Assembly (NCBI GenBank): GCA_030698565.1
Contig: JAUYJS010000003.1
Span: 142,187-186,566, forward strand
Length of the DNA: 44,380 bases
Reading direction: 5' to 3'
Source: Candidatus Shapirobacteria bacterium
Lineage (GTDB): Bacteria > Patescibacteriota > Microgenomatia > UBA12405
Below are positions 7,860-16,198 of this stretch, in pieces. The notes under the pieces were generated by a model. It had not been told where the DNA came from. It saw only the letters and a program-made list of their open reading frames with translations, and did not search any database. The position numbers and the translations under genes are program-made. Numbering within the stretch: the first letter of the stretch is position 1; every line of letters starts with the position of its first letter.

Positions 7860-10320
7860 TCATTTTCCCCGGCACATAAATTTCTTTGTTAATTATTTTA
7901 CCTTCAAGCCACGGTTTTACTCTATCATTTTCCTTGGCCATCTTTAAAATCTCTTCCTTTTCTTCTTGCCTATCCGTATCCAACTCAATTTGACCTCTCA
8001 CCTTACCATTAATTGCCACAGCAATAGTTACCTTTTCTTCTTTTAAATATTTTTCATCTATCTTTGGCCATTCACTCACATGAACCGAACCATAATTTTC
8101 ATCACTCTTTTCTAACTGTGAATATAACTCTTCAGCAGTATATGGTGCAAATGGAGCAATTAGCTTAATTAAAGTCTGAATCGATTTCAAATTTATATTT
8201 TCTTTTAATGCCGTCAAACTATTTAACGCCTCCATACTTTTAGCAATGGCTGTATTAAATTTGAAGCTATCTATATCCTCAGTCACTCCTTTAATTAATT
8301 TATTAATTATCACTTCAGCATTTTGACTGCTAACAGTCTCATTACTACTCTGATTATTTATCTGTCCCTTAATAAATAACTCAAACCTATCTAAGAACCT
8401 TTTTACCCCCATAAGAGTATTTTCATTCCAAGCCATCGTCCCATCAAATGGTCCGATAAACATCAAATACATCCTCACCACATCAACCCCGTATTTCTCA
8501 GCTACAACCTCGGGCACAATTACATTACCTTTTGATTTACTCATCCTCTGACCATCAGGACCTAAAATAACACCGTGTGACAATCTTTTAAAATAAGGCT
8601 CATCGACTGGCACTTTGCCTAAGTCATACAAAAACTTGTAAATAAATCTAGAATAAAGCAAGTGTAAAGTGTTATGCTCATCCCCACCAATATATACATC
8701 CACTGGCATCCAATACTTCATCTTCTCAAAATCAGCAAAAGTTTTTTCATTAAATGGATCAATGTATCTCAAAAAGTACCAGTCCGACCCAGCCCAGTTA
8801 GGCATTGTGTCCGTTTCCCGCTTGGCTGGTTCACGACAAATAGGACAAACTGTATCAACCCAACCTGGTATCAGTGATAAAGGACTTTCTCCATTATCTG
8901 TTGGTTCATAATTCTCCACTTCCGGTAATTTAATTGGTAATTCCGTTTCTGGCACCGGTTGCCAATTACACTTCTCACAATAAACCATAGGTATTGGCTC
9001 ACCCCAATAATGTTGTCGGCTAAAGATCCAATCTCTCAAATGATAAGACGACTTAGCCTCACCAATTTCTTTTTCCTGTAACCAGTCAATCATTTTTTTA
9101 ATAGCATCTGCTGGCTTCATACCATTTAAAAAATCCGAATTAATTATTTTCTCTTCATCATCATAAACACTAATTATTTCCAATCCAAATTTTTCTGCAA
9201 ATTCTTTATCCCTATCATCATGGGCTGGCACGCCCATAATTGCTCCAGTCCCGTAATTTGGCAACACAAAATCAGAAATCCAAATTGGAATTTCTTTTCC
9301 GGTCGCTGGATTAAGGACATACAAACCAGAAAATACTCCAGTTTTTCCTTTGGTTAATTCGGTTCTCTCTAGATCACTTTTCTTCCGTACATTTTCAACA
9401 TAATTTTTGATTTTCTGTAGGGGCGATTCATGAATCGCCCCTACATTATTATTTAAAATTTCATCAACTAATTCATGCTCCGGTGCAACCACCATAAACG
9501 TCGCCCCAAACATAGTGTCCGGTCGGGTGGTAAAAATTTCCAAATGTTGTAGGGGCGATTCATGAATCGCCCCTACAATTTTAAATTTCACATTCGCCCC
9601 TTCCGATTTCCCAATCCATTTAATTTGGGCTTGTTTGACTTTTTCAATAAACGCCGTCTTGTCTAATCCCTCAATTAATTTATCAGCATAGTCAGTAATC
9701 TTAACTACCCATTGATCAATATTCCTTCGACTCACTTCAGTTCCGCATCTCTCACATCTACTATTGACCACCTCTTCGTTAGCTAATCCAATTTTACACG
9801 AGGGACACCAATTAATCGGCATCTTTTTTTTGTAGGCCAATCCAGCTTTAAATAATTGAATAAAAATCCATTGAGTCCATTTATAATATTTAGGGTCTGT
9901 TGTGTTAACTTCCCGGCTCCAATCAAATGAAAAAGCCAATTGTTTCATTTGGGATTTGAATTTATCAGTATTATCTTTAGTTACTTTTTGTGGTGGCTGT
10001 TTGGTTTTGATCGCATAGTTTTCTGTTGGCAATCCAAACGCATCCCAACCCATGGGAAACATCACATTAAATCCACTCATTCTCTTGAATCTGGCATAGA
10101 CATCAGCCCCGGTAAAACTAAAAGCATGACCGACATGCAATCCACTACCCGACGGGTATGGAAATTCCACTAAAATATATTTCTTATCTGTACGCACAGA
10201 CCCTTGTGTCTGTGCTTTCTTTGAACAGACACTACGGTCTGTTCCTACAAAATCATTCGCTCTATACAATTCCGGATGCTTTTCCCAAAATTCTTGCCAC
10301 TTTTTTTCATTCTCTACCAT
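7840..10320 (-). CDS. leuS: Leucyl-tRNA synthetase carrying four in-frame palindromic-element insertions
   Basis: HIGH motif (GLHVGH), KMSKS, TTRPDTMFG editing-domain motif, WxFSRQHYWGEP. Confidence 0.92.
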   Translation of the reverse strand: MVENEKKWQEFWEKHPELYRANDFVGTDRSVCSKKAQTQGSVRTDKKYILVEFPYPSGSGLHVGHAFSFTGADVYARFKRMSGFNVMFPMGWDAFGLPTENYAIKTKQPPQKVTKDNTDKFKSQMKQLAFSFDWSREVNTTDPKYYKWTQWIFIQLFKAGLAYKKKMPINWCPSCKIGLANEEVVNSRCERCGTEVSRRNIDQWVVKITDYADKLIEGLDKTAFIEKVKQAQIKWIGKSEGANVKFKIVGAIHESPLQHLEIFTTRPDTMFGATFMVVAPEHELVDEILNNNVGAIHESPLQKIKNYVENVRKKSDLERTELTKGKTGVFSGLYVLNPATGKEIPIWISDFVLPNYGTGAIMGVPAHDDRDKEFAEKFGLEIISVYDDEEKIINSDFLNGMKPADAIKKMIDWLQEKEIGEAKSSYHLRDWIFSRQHYWGEPIPMVYCEKCNWQPVPETELPIKLPEVENYEPTDNGESPLSLIPGWVDTVCPICREPAKRETDTMPNWAGSDWYFLRYIDPFNEKTFADFEKMKYWMPVDVYIGGDEHNTLHLLYSRFIYKFLYDLGKVPVDEPYFKRLSHGVILGPDGQRMSKSKGNVIVPEVVAEKYGVDVVRMYLMFIGPFDGTMAWNENTLMGVKRFLDRFELFIKGQINNQSSNETVSSQNAEVIINKLIKGVTEDIDSFKFNTAIAKSMEALNSLTALKENINLKSIQTLIKLIAPFAPYTAEELYSQLEKSDENYGSVHVSEWPKIDEKYLKEEKVTIAVAINGKVRGQIELDTDRQEEKEEILKMAKENDRVKPWLEGKIINKEIYVPGKMINFLIS
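9417..9444. repeat. Family A palindrome GTAGGGGCGATTCATGAATCGCCCCTAC inside leuS
   Basis: Perfect 28-nt palindrome, translated as VGAIHESPLQ (NNNVGAIHESPLQKIK). Confidence 0.9.
9549..9576. repeat. Family A palindrome inside leuS (second copy)
   Basis: Identical 28-mer, translated VGAIHESPLQ just N-terminal of the TTRPDT editing motif. Confidence 0.9.
10190..10215. repeat. D-like hairpin GTACGCACAGAC-CCTTGT-GTCTGTGC inside the leuS N-terminus
   Basis: 8-bp stem; encodes AQTQGSVRT on the coding strand. Confidence 0.75.
10223..10248. repeat. Family D hairpin GAACAGAC-N6-GTCTGTTCCTAC inside the leuS N-terminus
   Basis: Same element as the intergenic copies at 25546, 32248 and 34039. Encodes VGTDRSVCS between the N-terminal helix and the HIGH region. 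Confidence 0.85.
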
Positions 10321-10367
10321 AGCTAGTATTCTACTATAAAAAACAAAAAAGGTGATATATTTTATAT

Positions 10368-11354
10368 ATGTCCCCGCTAAGAAAATCTATTGCTATTAGT
10401 TTTTTATCTTTATCCATAGGTATCTTAATTGGTTTTGGAATTTACTACCGCTTTATTGATAGCAAACAACTCGGAATTTTAGTCGAGACGAGAAACAAAC
10501 AAAACTATCAATTTATTAATCCATTGCTCGAATGCGATAATAATATGGCTAGCGACGATCTAAACTTAAACAGTTTAAAACATAAAATCGAAGGTTTTCT
10601 TGACAATGAAATAGAGGCAAAACATATTAGTCTAGCTTCTATTTATTATCGTGATTTAAATAACGGCCCTTGGTTTGGAATTAATGAAAGAGAGCTTTTT
10701 TCTCCAGCTAGTCTAGTCAAAGTACCACTAATGATTGCTTATCTAAAAGCATCCGAGTCAGACCCAAATATATTAAACCAGCAATTAACTAACACTAAAA
10801 CTTATAACCCCAAAGAACAAAATATTGCTCCGGATGAAGTTATTGAAGACAATAAAAGCTATACCATCGATGATCTTATTAGAAGAATGATTGTTTATTC
10901 TGACAATCTTGCCTACGATCTGCTTTCTGAAAATATGGAGGACCAAAAAATCGTACAAGTTTTCAAAGATTTAGATGTTGATATTTCCCAAGCTTATACT
11001 GATCCCAACGGCAATATATTATCAGTCAAAGACTATGCTTCCTTTTTTAGAATCCTTTTCAATTCCTCTTATTTGAGCAAGGCTAATTCAGAAAAAGCTC
11101 TCCATCTTCTTTCGCAGACTACATTTAAAAATGGAATTGTCGCCACATTACCTAAAAATATAATCACCTCTCACAAATTTGGCGAACGGTATTATACTGC
11201 CAATCAAGAACGCCAACTCCATGACTGTGGCATTGTTTATTCACCCAATAAACCTTTTCTTATTTGCATCATGACCCGAGGTTCAGATTTTAACACCCTT
11301 TCAAACACCATAAAACAAATATCTTCTATGGTTTACCAAAAAAATAGTAAATAA
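10368..11354 (+). CDS. Class-A beta-lactamase-related serine hydrolase, membrane-anchored
   Basis: N-terminal TM; SxxK (SLVK), SDN (YSDN) and a KFG triad-like motif in the expected order. Confidence 0.6.
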   Translation: MSPLRKSIAISFLSLSIGILIGFGIYYRFIDSKQLGILVETRNKQNYQFINPLLECDNNMASDDLNLNSLKHKIEGFLDNEIEAKHISLASIYYRDLNNGPWFGINERELFSPASLVKVPLMIAYLKASESDPNILNQQLTNTKTYNPKEQNIAPDEVIEDNKSYTIDDLIRRMIVYSDNLAYDLLSENMEDQKIVQVFKDLDVDISQAYTDPNGNILSVKDYASFFRILFNSSYLSKANSEKALHLLSQTTFKNGIVATLPKNIITSHKFGERYYTANQERQLHDCGIVYSPNKPFLICIMTRGSDFNTLSNTIKQISSMVYQKNSK

Positions 11355-12146
11355 TTAATTTAAATCAAAAACAATATTACCCTGAATATCAGTCCTTTTT
11401 ATTGTGACTCCATATTTTTCCAAGTTTTTTAGAACCTGGTCTTTTGGATGACCAAATTTATTATTTTTGCCAACACTAATAACTGCAATTTGTGGTTGAA
11501 TCACTTTTAGTAGATCCTCACTTGTAGCTGTATCCGACCCATGGTGCGACACTTTTAAGACATCTATCTTTCTATTCATTCTGTTTTGCAAAATCCGCCA
11601 AGCTATTTTATCTTCTACACTGCTAGGCGCATCACCAGTTAATAAAAATTTCTTATCCTTATAACTAAGTAAACCTACCACCGACATATCATTATTATCT
11701 AATCCCCCGTTTTCTTCATTTTCTTCAGGACTTAATATCTCAAAACTAATCAAACCAAATTTAATTAAATCATTTTGGGCTAAATTTGTAGAATAATTAA
11801 TTTGTTCAAACTTACCCTTTGGCTTGCTACTACTATAAACACTATCAATCTTATAACTTTTTAAGATATCTCTAATACCGCCGGCATGATCTTCATCCCA
11901 ATGAGTCACTACTACTGCCTCAATCTTCCTATCCCAAAAGGGTACAAAATTTTCCAAACAGCTTAACATCTTTTTATTTTCTGCTCCAGTATCAACCAAC
12001 ATTTGAGTATTTTTATGACTTATTAATACCCCATCTCCTTGCCCCACATCACAAAAAATTATCCGATATTTATCATCTGGCCAGACCGTTATTATAAAAA
12101 TTAACAAAAGAAATAAACTAATTAAAATTAAAATTTTATTTCTCAT
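11355..12146 (-). CDS. comEC: ComEC/Rec2 C-terminal metallo-beta-lactamase domain as a separate ORF
   Basis: HWDEDHAGG (HxHxDH) and SHHGS motifs, with an N-terminal TM helix. Confidence 0.75.
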   Translation of the reverse strand: MRNKILILISLFLLLIFIITVWPDDKYRIIFCDVGQGDGVLISHKNTQMLVDTGAENKKMLSCLENFVPFWDRKIEAVVVTHWDEDHAGGIRDILKSYKIDSVYSSSKPKGKFEQINYSTNLAQNDLIKFGLISFEILSPEENEENGGLDNNDMSVVGLLSYKDKKFLLTGDAPSSVEDKIAWRILQNRMNRKIDVLKVSHHGSDTATSEDLLKVIQPQIAVISVGKNNKFGHPKDQVLKNLEKYGVTIKRTDIQGNIVFDLN

Positions 12147-13005
12147 GTGATCTTTTCAAAATAAAACTAAAAATTATCAAATACCAACCCCAAAACAACC
12201 ACCAATTAAAATTAATATTGGCACTCACCCAATTCATACTACCCAACCCATCTATTATCACCGCCATATATTTCAGCATCGGATAAATTGCCCACAAAAT
12301 TATTTCCCCAATGATTGGCAAAAAAATTCCAATCAGTGTTCCCGCAAACCCAACTAAAGTTATAGTTTCGACTAATACCAAAACTAAAACATTGCTTATT
12401 GGTGAAATTAAACTTATCTTTCCAAAAATCAAAGCCAAAATTGGTGAAATTAAAAGACTCACCCAAACCACTGTTCTACTTTGCAAAATTATTTCTTCTC
12501 TCATACACATCTTCTTTCCATCGGGTTTAAATACCATATCCACGCTGATTACGCCAAAGAATGCCATAAAACTCAACCAAAAACTTACCTCTTTTATTAT
12601 CTGCCAACTAAATAAAATCATTATTAAAACCGTCAACCCAAAACCCCTACCAATATTATATTTCCTCCCCAAAATTTGAGCCCAATAAAATATTGACACC
12701 AAAATTGCTGCCCGAACTACTGGTATTTCCCAACCACTTATACCTACATACCACCAGATAATAAATAAAGTTAAAATAATAATCCGCTTTCGACCCAAAT
12801 ATTTAGCTAAATTTTCAATTAAAGTTTTACTAATTAGCATGACATTAGTGCCACTAACTACCACTAAATGTATCAAACCAGTCTGTTTTAGGTTTTCATA
12901 AAAAGTATTATCAAAACCACTTTTGTCTCCCAAAAGCATCCCTGCCAACAATCCCGCCTCTCTAAAAGGCAATGTTTGGTAAATGAAATCAATCATTAAA
13001 CTCAT
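12136..13005 (-). CDS. comEC: ComEC/Rec2 competence membrane-channel domain as a separate ORF
   Basis: Polytopic membrane protein. LLGDKSG...GLIHLVVVSGTNV is the Competence-domain signature. Overlaps the MBL ORF by 11 nt. Confidence 0.7.
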   Translation of the reverse strand: MSLMIDFIYQTLPFREAGLLAGMLLGDKSGFDNTFYENLKQTGLIHLVVVSGTNVMLISKTLIENLAKYLGRKRIIILTLFIIWWYVGISGWEIPVVRAAILVSIFYWAQILGRKYNIGRGFGLTVLIMILFSWQIIKEVSFWLSFMAFFGVISVDMVFKPDGKKMCMREEIILQSRTVVWVSLLISPILALIFGKISLISPISNVLVLVLVETITLVGFAGTLIGIFLPIIGEIILWAIYPMLKYMAVIIDGLGSMNWVSANINFNWWLFWGWYLIIFSFILKRSHEK

Positions 13006-13559
13006 AAACCGATTTGATCTTTTATTTTTAAAAACATTTTTTCAGCAATCCCCGGCACCAATTTTATTTCCTCAACGCTTTTAAACCCGCCATTTTTTGT
13101 CCGATAATCAATTATCTTTTGGGCCAAGCTCGGACCAACTCCTGATAATTTATCCAATTCCTCTAAACTTGCGTTATTGATCCCAATCTGTAGGGGCGAT
13201 TCATGAATCGCCCCTACATTAGGTATAAAAATCTTCTGCCCATCATTCAAAATCTGCGCTTGGTTAATATTTTTTTCGACCCATTCCAAATCTGCCTCCG
13301 CCGACAAACCACCAGCCATTACCAATATCTCGCTTATCCTTGAACCCCGGTCTAATTTATAAACTCCTGGTTTAATCACCTCGCCCTCTATATCAATAGT
13401 TACTTTATTATCAACTTGTACATCACTTTTTATTAACTCGACTTTCTCAGTTGGCATTAGTTTCTCTTTAAAATTAATTCCAACTCCTACTGCAACCAAA
13501 CCAATTCCTAGTAATAACATCATGTCTATCCATTTCCAGTTTTTAGTAATTTTTATCAC
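13002..13559 (-). CDS. comEA: ComEA DNA receptor (SLBB plus helix-hairpin-helix) with one in-frame palindrome
   Basis: GEVIKPGVY SLBB motif, C-terminal LSGVGPSLAQKIIDYR HhH motif; ATGA overlap with comEC. Confidence 0.8.
   Translation of the reverse strand: MIKITKNWKWIDMMLLLGIGLVAVGVGINFKEKLMPTEKVELIKSDVQVDNKVTIDIEGEVIKPGVYKLDRGSRISEILVMAGGLSAEADLEWVEKNINQAQILNDGQKIFIPNVGAIHESPLQIGINNASLEELDKLSGVGPSLAQKIIDYRTKNGGFKSVEEIKLVPGIAEKMFLKIKDQIGL
13190..13217. repeat. Family A palindrome inside comEA
   Basis: Identical 28-mer, translated VGAIHESPLQ in the linker between the SLBB and HhH domains. Confidence 0.9.
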
Positions 13560-13624
13560 ACTAAAATCTTAACACTTCTGTCCCCGCTTGATTGTCGCTA
13601 AAAAATCCATAATATTATAGTAGT

Positions 13625-14275
13625 ATGCCTCAAATCGTACCCGCCCTTATTTTTGGTTTTTGTTCTTTACTCGCCTATCTTTTTTCGATCACGGCATTAG
13701 TTAACTTCGCCCCACAACTTTTAGCCCTGTCTGCTATTATTTTTCTTCTAATTTTATTTAAACAAAAAACATTTTCTCTCTATTCTATTTCTTTTATTGT
13801 TAGCCTTATCATTTTTACTACTGGTGGCCTTAATTCCCCCGTCTTCTTTTTAATATATTTTTTGCTTTTTACGGTAGCTTTTCAAAACCCACCCAGTACT
13901 ACTTTGGGATTTTCTTTGATTTTAATTATTCTATTATCCCAATCACTAAATTCTTCAGCTTCATTACTCCCCTTATTTTCTTTACTCTTTATTACCCCAT
14001 TGGCCTGGTTTGTTGGTCGGCAATATTTAGATAACCAAAAACTAGGCAGCTTGGTTTCTAAAGATGAAACCGAAGTATTACTTTGGCTATCATTAAATTT
14101 CAAAAATTCGATAATCAAAATAATCGATTCGGTTTCAATTTTAATGTCTACTGCCAAACTATCGCCTTCACAAAAAGAACAATTAGACAACATTAACCAC
14201 GAATCTAAAACCTTATTAAAATCCTCCCAAAAACTTTCTCGGGAAATTGATCAGTCAACTGACGATGAAGACTAA
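13625..14275 (+). CDS. Polytopic membrane protein with a HisKA-like H-box tail and no ATPase domain
   Basis: About five TM helices, then QLDNINHESKTLL, which resembles the SHELRTPL phospho-acceptor box. The ORF ends about 30 aa later. Confidence 0.4.
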   Translation: MPQIVPALIFGFCSLLAYLFSITALVNFAPQLLALSAIIFLLILFKQKTFSLYSISFIVSLIIFTTGGLNSPVFFLIYFLLFTVAFQNPPSTTLGFSLILIILLSQSLNSSASLLPLFSLLFITPLAWFVGRQYLDNQKLGSLVSKDETEVLLWLSLNFKNSIIKIIDSVSILMSTAKLSPSQKEQLDNINHESKTLLKSSQKLSREIDQSTDDED

Positions 14276-15023
14276 AATATTAGTTTTACTTTCTTTTGCA
14301 TTTTTATTTTTTTTATTTAAAAAAAATATTTTAGCTCAATCTTTTTCTTCCTCTTCCTACAAAATCCAATGGGGCAATTTCAATATGACTGCTGGTAAAA
14401 AAACTTCAAGTAGCTACCAACTTACCGACACTGTGGGTCAAAATGCTCCAGGAAAATTCAATAATACTGGTTATATCTTAAAATCCGGTTTTCAATATAT
14501 TTACGACACCTTCTTTTATTTCTCTTTTCAGATTGACGATTTAAGTCTTGATTTTGGCAGTCTTGTCCCGGGTATTGGCACTACTCAAACTAATATAATC
14601 ACCATATCTGCCCCATCGGGCAATGGTTATCAAATTATGGCGGTCGAGAATCATCCACTTCGTCAAAGTTCCGGCACCACCATCCCCGACACCAAATGTA
14701 ACTCCGACAGTTGCAACAAAACTACGTCTGCAGTTTGGGATAGTTCAACTGCATATGGTTTTGGATTTAATGCCATTGGTATAAATAGTAGCGGCGCAGT
14801 CACCAATATCGGCACCTCAAACTATTTTACCGATTCTACTTATTTCCGTCCTTTTGCTAATGCCACCAATACCCCAATTGATGCTCCCCAAATTATCATG
14901 TCAGAAAACTCACCCATCAAAAATCGATCAGCCAAAGTAACATATAAAATCAACATATCGGCGATTCAGTCAGCTGGTAATTACCAAAATGGAATTAATT
15001 TTATTGCCGTACCCAAATACTAA
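14265..15023 (+). CDS. Secreted surface-operon protein P1 (paralogue of P3)
   Basis: Signal peptide MKTKILVLLSFAFLFF...AQS. Shares IPDTxC..C and C-terminal AGNYxN motifs with 16199-17665. Confidence 0.6.
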   Translation: MKTKILVLLSFAFLFFLFKKNILAQSFSSSSYKIQWGNFNMTAGKKTSSSYQLTDTVGQNAPGKFNNTGYILKSGFQYIYDTFFYFSFQIDDLSLDFGSLVPGIGTTQTNIITISAPSGNGYQIMAVENHPLRQSSGTTIPDTKCNSDSCNKTTSAVWDSSTAYGFGFNAIGINSSGAVTNIGTSNYFTDSTYFRPFANATNTPIDAPQIIMSENSPIKNRSAKVTYKINISAIQSAGNYQNGINFIAVPKY

Positions 15024-15025
15024 AT

Positions 15026-15931
15026 ATGAGTAGTTTTAATATTTCATTAACTCCAGCCCAATTCGAATTTACCGCCCAGCCCGGAGCTACTATTATCCAA
15101 GCTTACGAAATTACCAATAACTCCGATAATACGATTTTTTTGTCTTCTTCAGTCGAACCCTGGATCCCCTCAGGAATTGATGGCAACGTTAGTTACGCCA
15201 ATATCATTGCCAACCCAAAAATTATTTTTTCTCTCAATAATGCTGACTTGAATTTAGGACAAGGCTTTAATCTTCAACCTCAAGAAAAACGTCAACTGGT
15301 TTTAAAAATCAAAGTCGACCCACAATCCGAGCTTAAAGATCATTATTATACTTTTTTTATTAACCAAACTTCAATCGGTACACTCGAAAGTCAGCAAAAT
15401 TCTACCCAGGCCAGCGGTAAAATTGGTTCTCACATTCTTTTATCTGTTTCCAATTCCGAACAACAATCAAGTAAGGCTGAAATAAAAAATTTTAAAGTTT
15501 TTCCCAAAATAAAAGATATATTTTTAACTCCGATAAACTTCCAAGCCGAGATCAATAATAGCACTGATTATTTTTTTAAAACTGACGGCCAAATTACCAT
15601 CAACAAAAACGATCTCAAAACTAATGAAACAAGATTAATGCCCAGTAATATTTTGGCTCACCATTCCCGTTCCATTTCTTGTATCGCCAACTCCACTGAT
15701 CCCAAAGCACCGCCAACCAGTGTTAATTGCACTCTCAATCCACCTCTTTGGCCTGGATCTTATACCGCCACACTTTCACTCGACCCCTCGATCAGTAGTA
15801 AACCAATCACCGTCTCCTTTTTTGTCTTTCCGTTTTCTTTGATTGGGTTACTTGGTATTATTTTTATTTTATTTTGGATTTTAAAGACCCATCCTTCTGT
15901 ACGGGCGATTCATGAATCGCCCCTACAATAA
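15026..15931 (+). CDS. Surface-operon protein P2, beta-rich ectodomain with a C-terminal TM anchor; tail encoded by a repeat element
   Basis: C-terminal helix FSLIGLLGIIFILFWIL. The last residues THPSVRAIHESPLQ and the stop lie in the family A element. Confidence 0.6.
   Translation: MSSFNISLTPAQFEFTAQPGATIIQAYEITNNSDNTIFLSSSVEPWIPSGIDGNVSYANIIANPKIIFSLNNADLNLGQGFNLQPQEKRQLVLKIKVDPQSELKDHYYTFFINQTSIGTLESQQNSTQASGKIGSHILLSVSNSEQQSSKAEIKNFKVFPKIKDIFLTPINFQAEINNSTDYFFKTDGQITINKNDLKTNETRLMPSNILAHHSRSISCIANSTDPKAPPTSVNCTLNPPLWPGSYTATLSLDPSISSKPITVSFFVFPFSLIGLLGIIFILFWILKTHPSVRAIHESPLQ
15899..15926. repeat. Family A palindrome variant (GTACGGG...)
   Basis: 27/28 identity to the consensus; supplies the last 10 codons of P2. 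Confidence 0.85.
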
Positions 15932-15965
15932 AAAAATCCCCACAATTTTCCCCAATGTCCCATCC

Positions 15966-16039
15966 GTAGGGGCGACCCTGGCGGTCGCCCTATTATCTAA
16001 TCCATATTTATTCAGGGCGGGGGCTAGCCCCGCCCCTAC
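15966..16039. mobile_element. REPIN-like composite: hairpin B plus a ~21-nt AT spacer plus hairpin C, with inverted GTAGGGGCG...CGCCCCTAC ends
   Basis: B is GGGGCGACC-CTGGC-GGTCGCCC; C is GGGCGGGG-GCTAGC-CCCGCCC. The same ~74-nt unit recurs at 19930, 32163 and 33094. Confidence 0.75.
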
Positions 16040-16133
16040 AACCCTAAATTTACCCACCCTCTTCCCTTTATCGTGCCAATATCTACCTAATTTTATATTT
16101 ATAATTTATCACACAAAGATATTTAACCCCCCC

Positions 16134-16163
16134 TTGACAAACCTCTCTCTTTTTCATTATATT
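16134..16163 (+). promoter_or_regulatory. Sigma-70-like promoter candidate for P3
   Basis: TTGACA (16134-16139), 18-nt spacer, TATATT (16158-16163), about 35 nt upstream of ATG 16199. Confidence 0.4.
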
Positions 16164-16198
16164 TAATTAATATTGTCGACAAATTTTTGGCGGAAAAA

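Noticed and set aside
15912-16166. Track ORFs translated from hairpin arrays: 15912-16166, 19851-20036, 19858-20058, 25426-25632, 32194-32394, 33991-34350, and the first 18 codons of 19961 and 33123
   Set aside because: Their sequences (MNRPYN..., VGATLAVA..FRAGASPAPT, VETRCSASLQ) are read-throughs of palindromic repeats found at many loci. They start inside the elements and have no independent coding signal.
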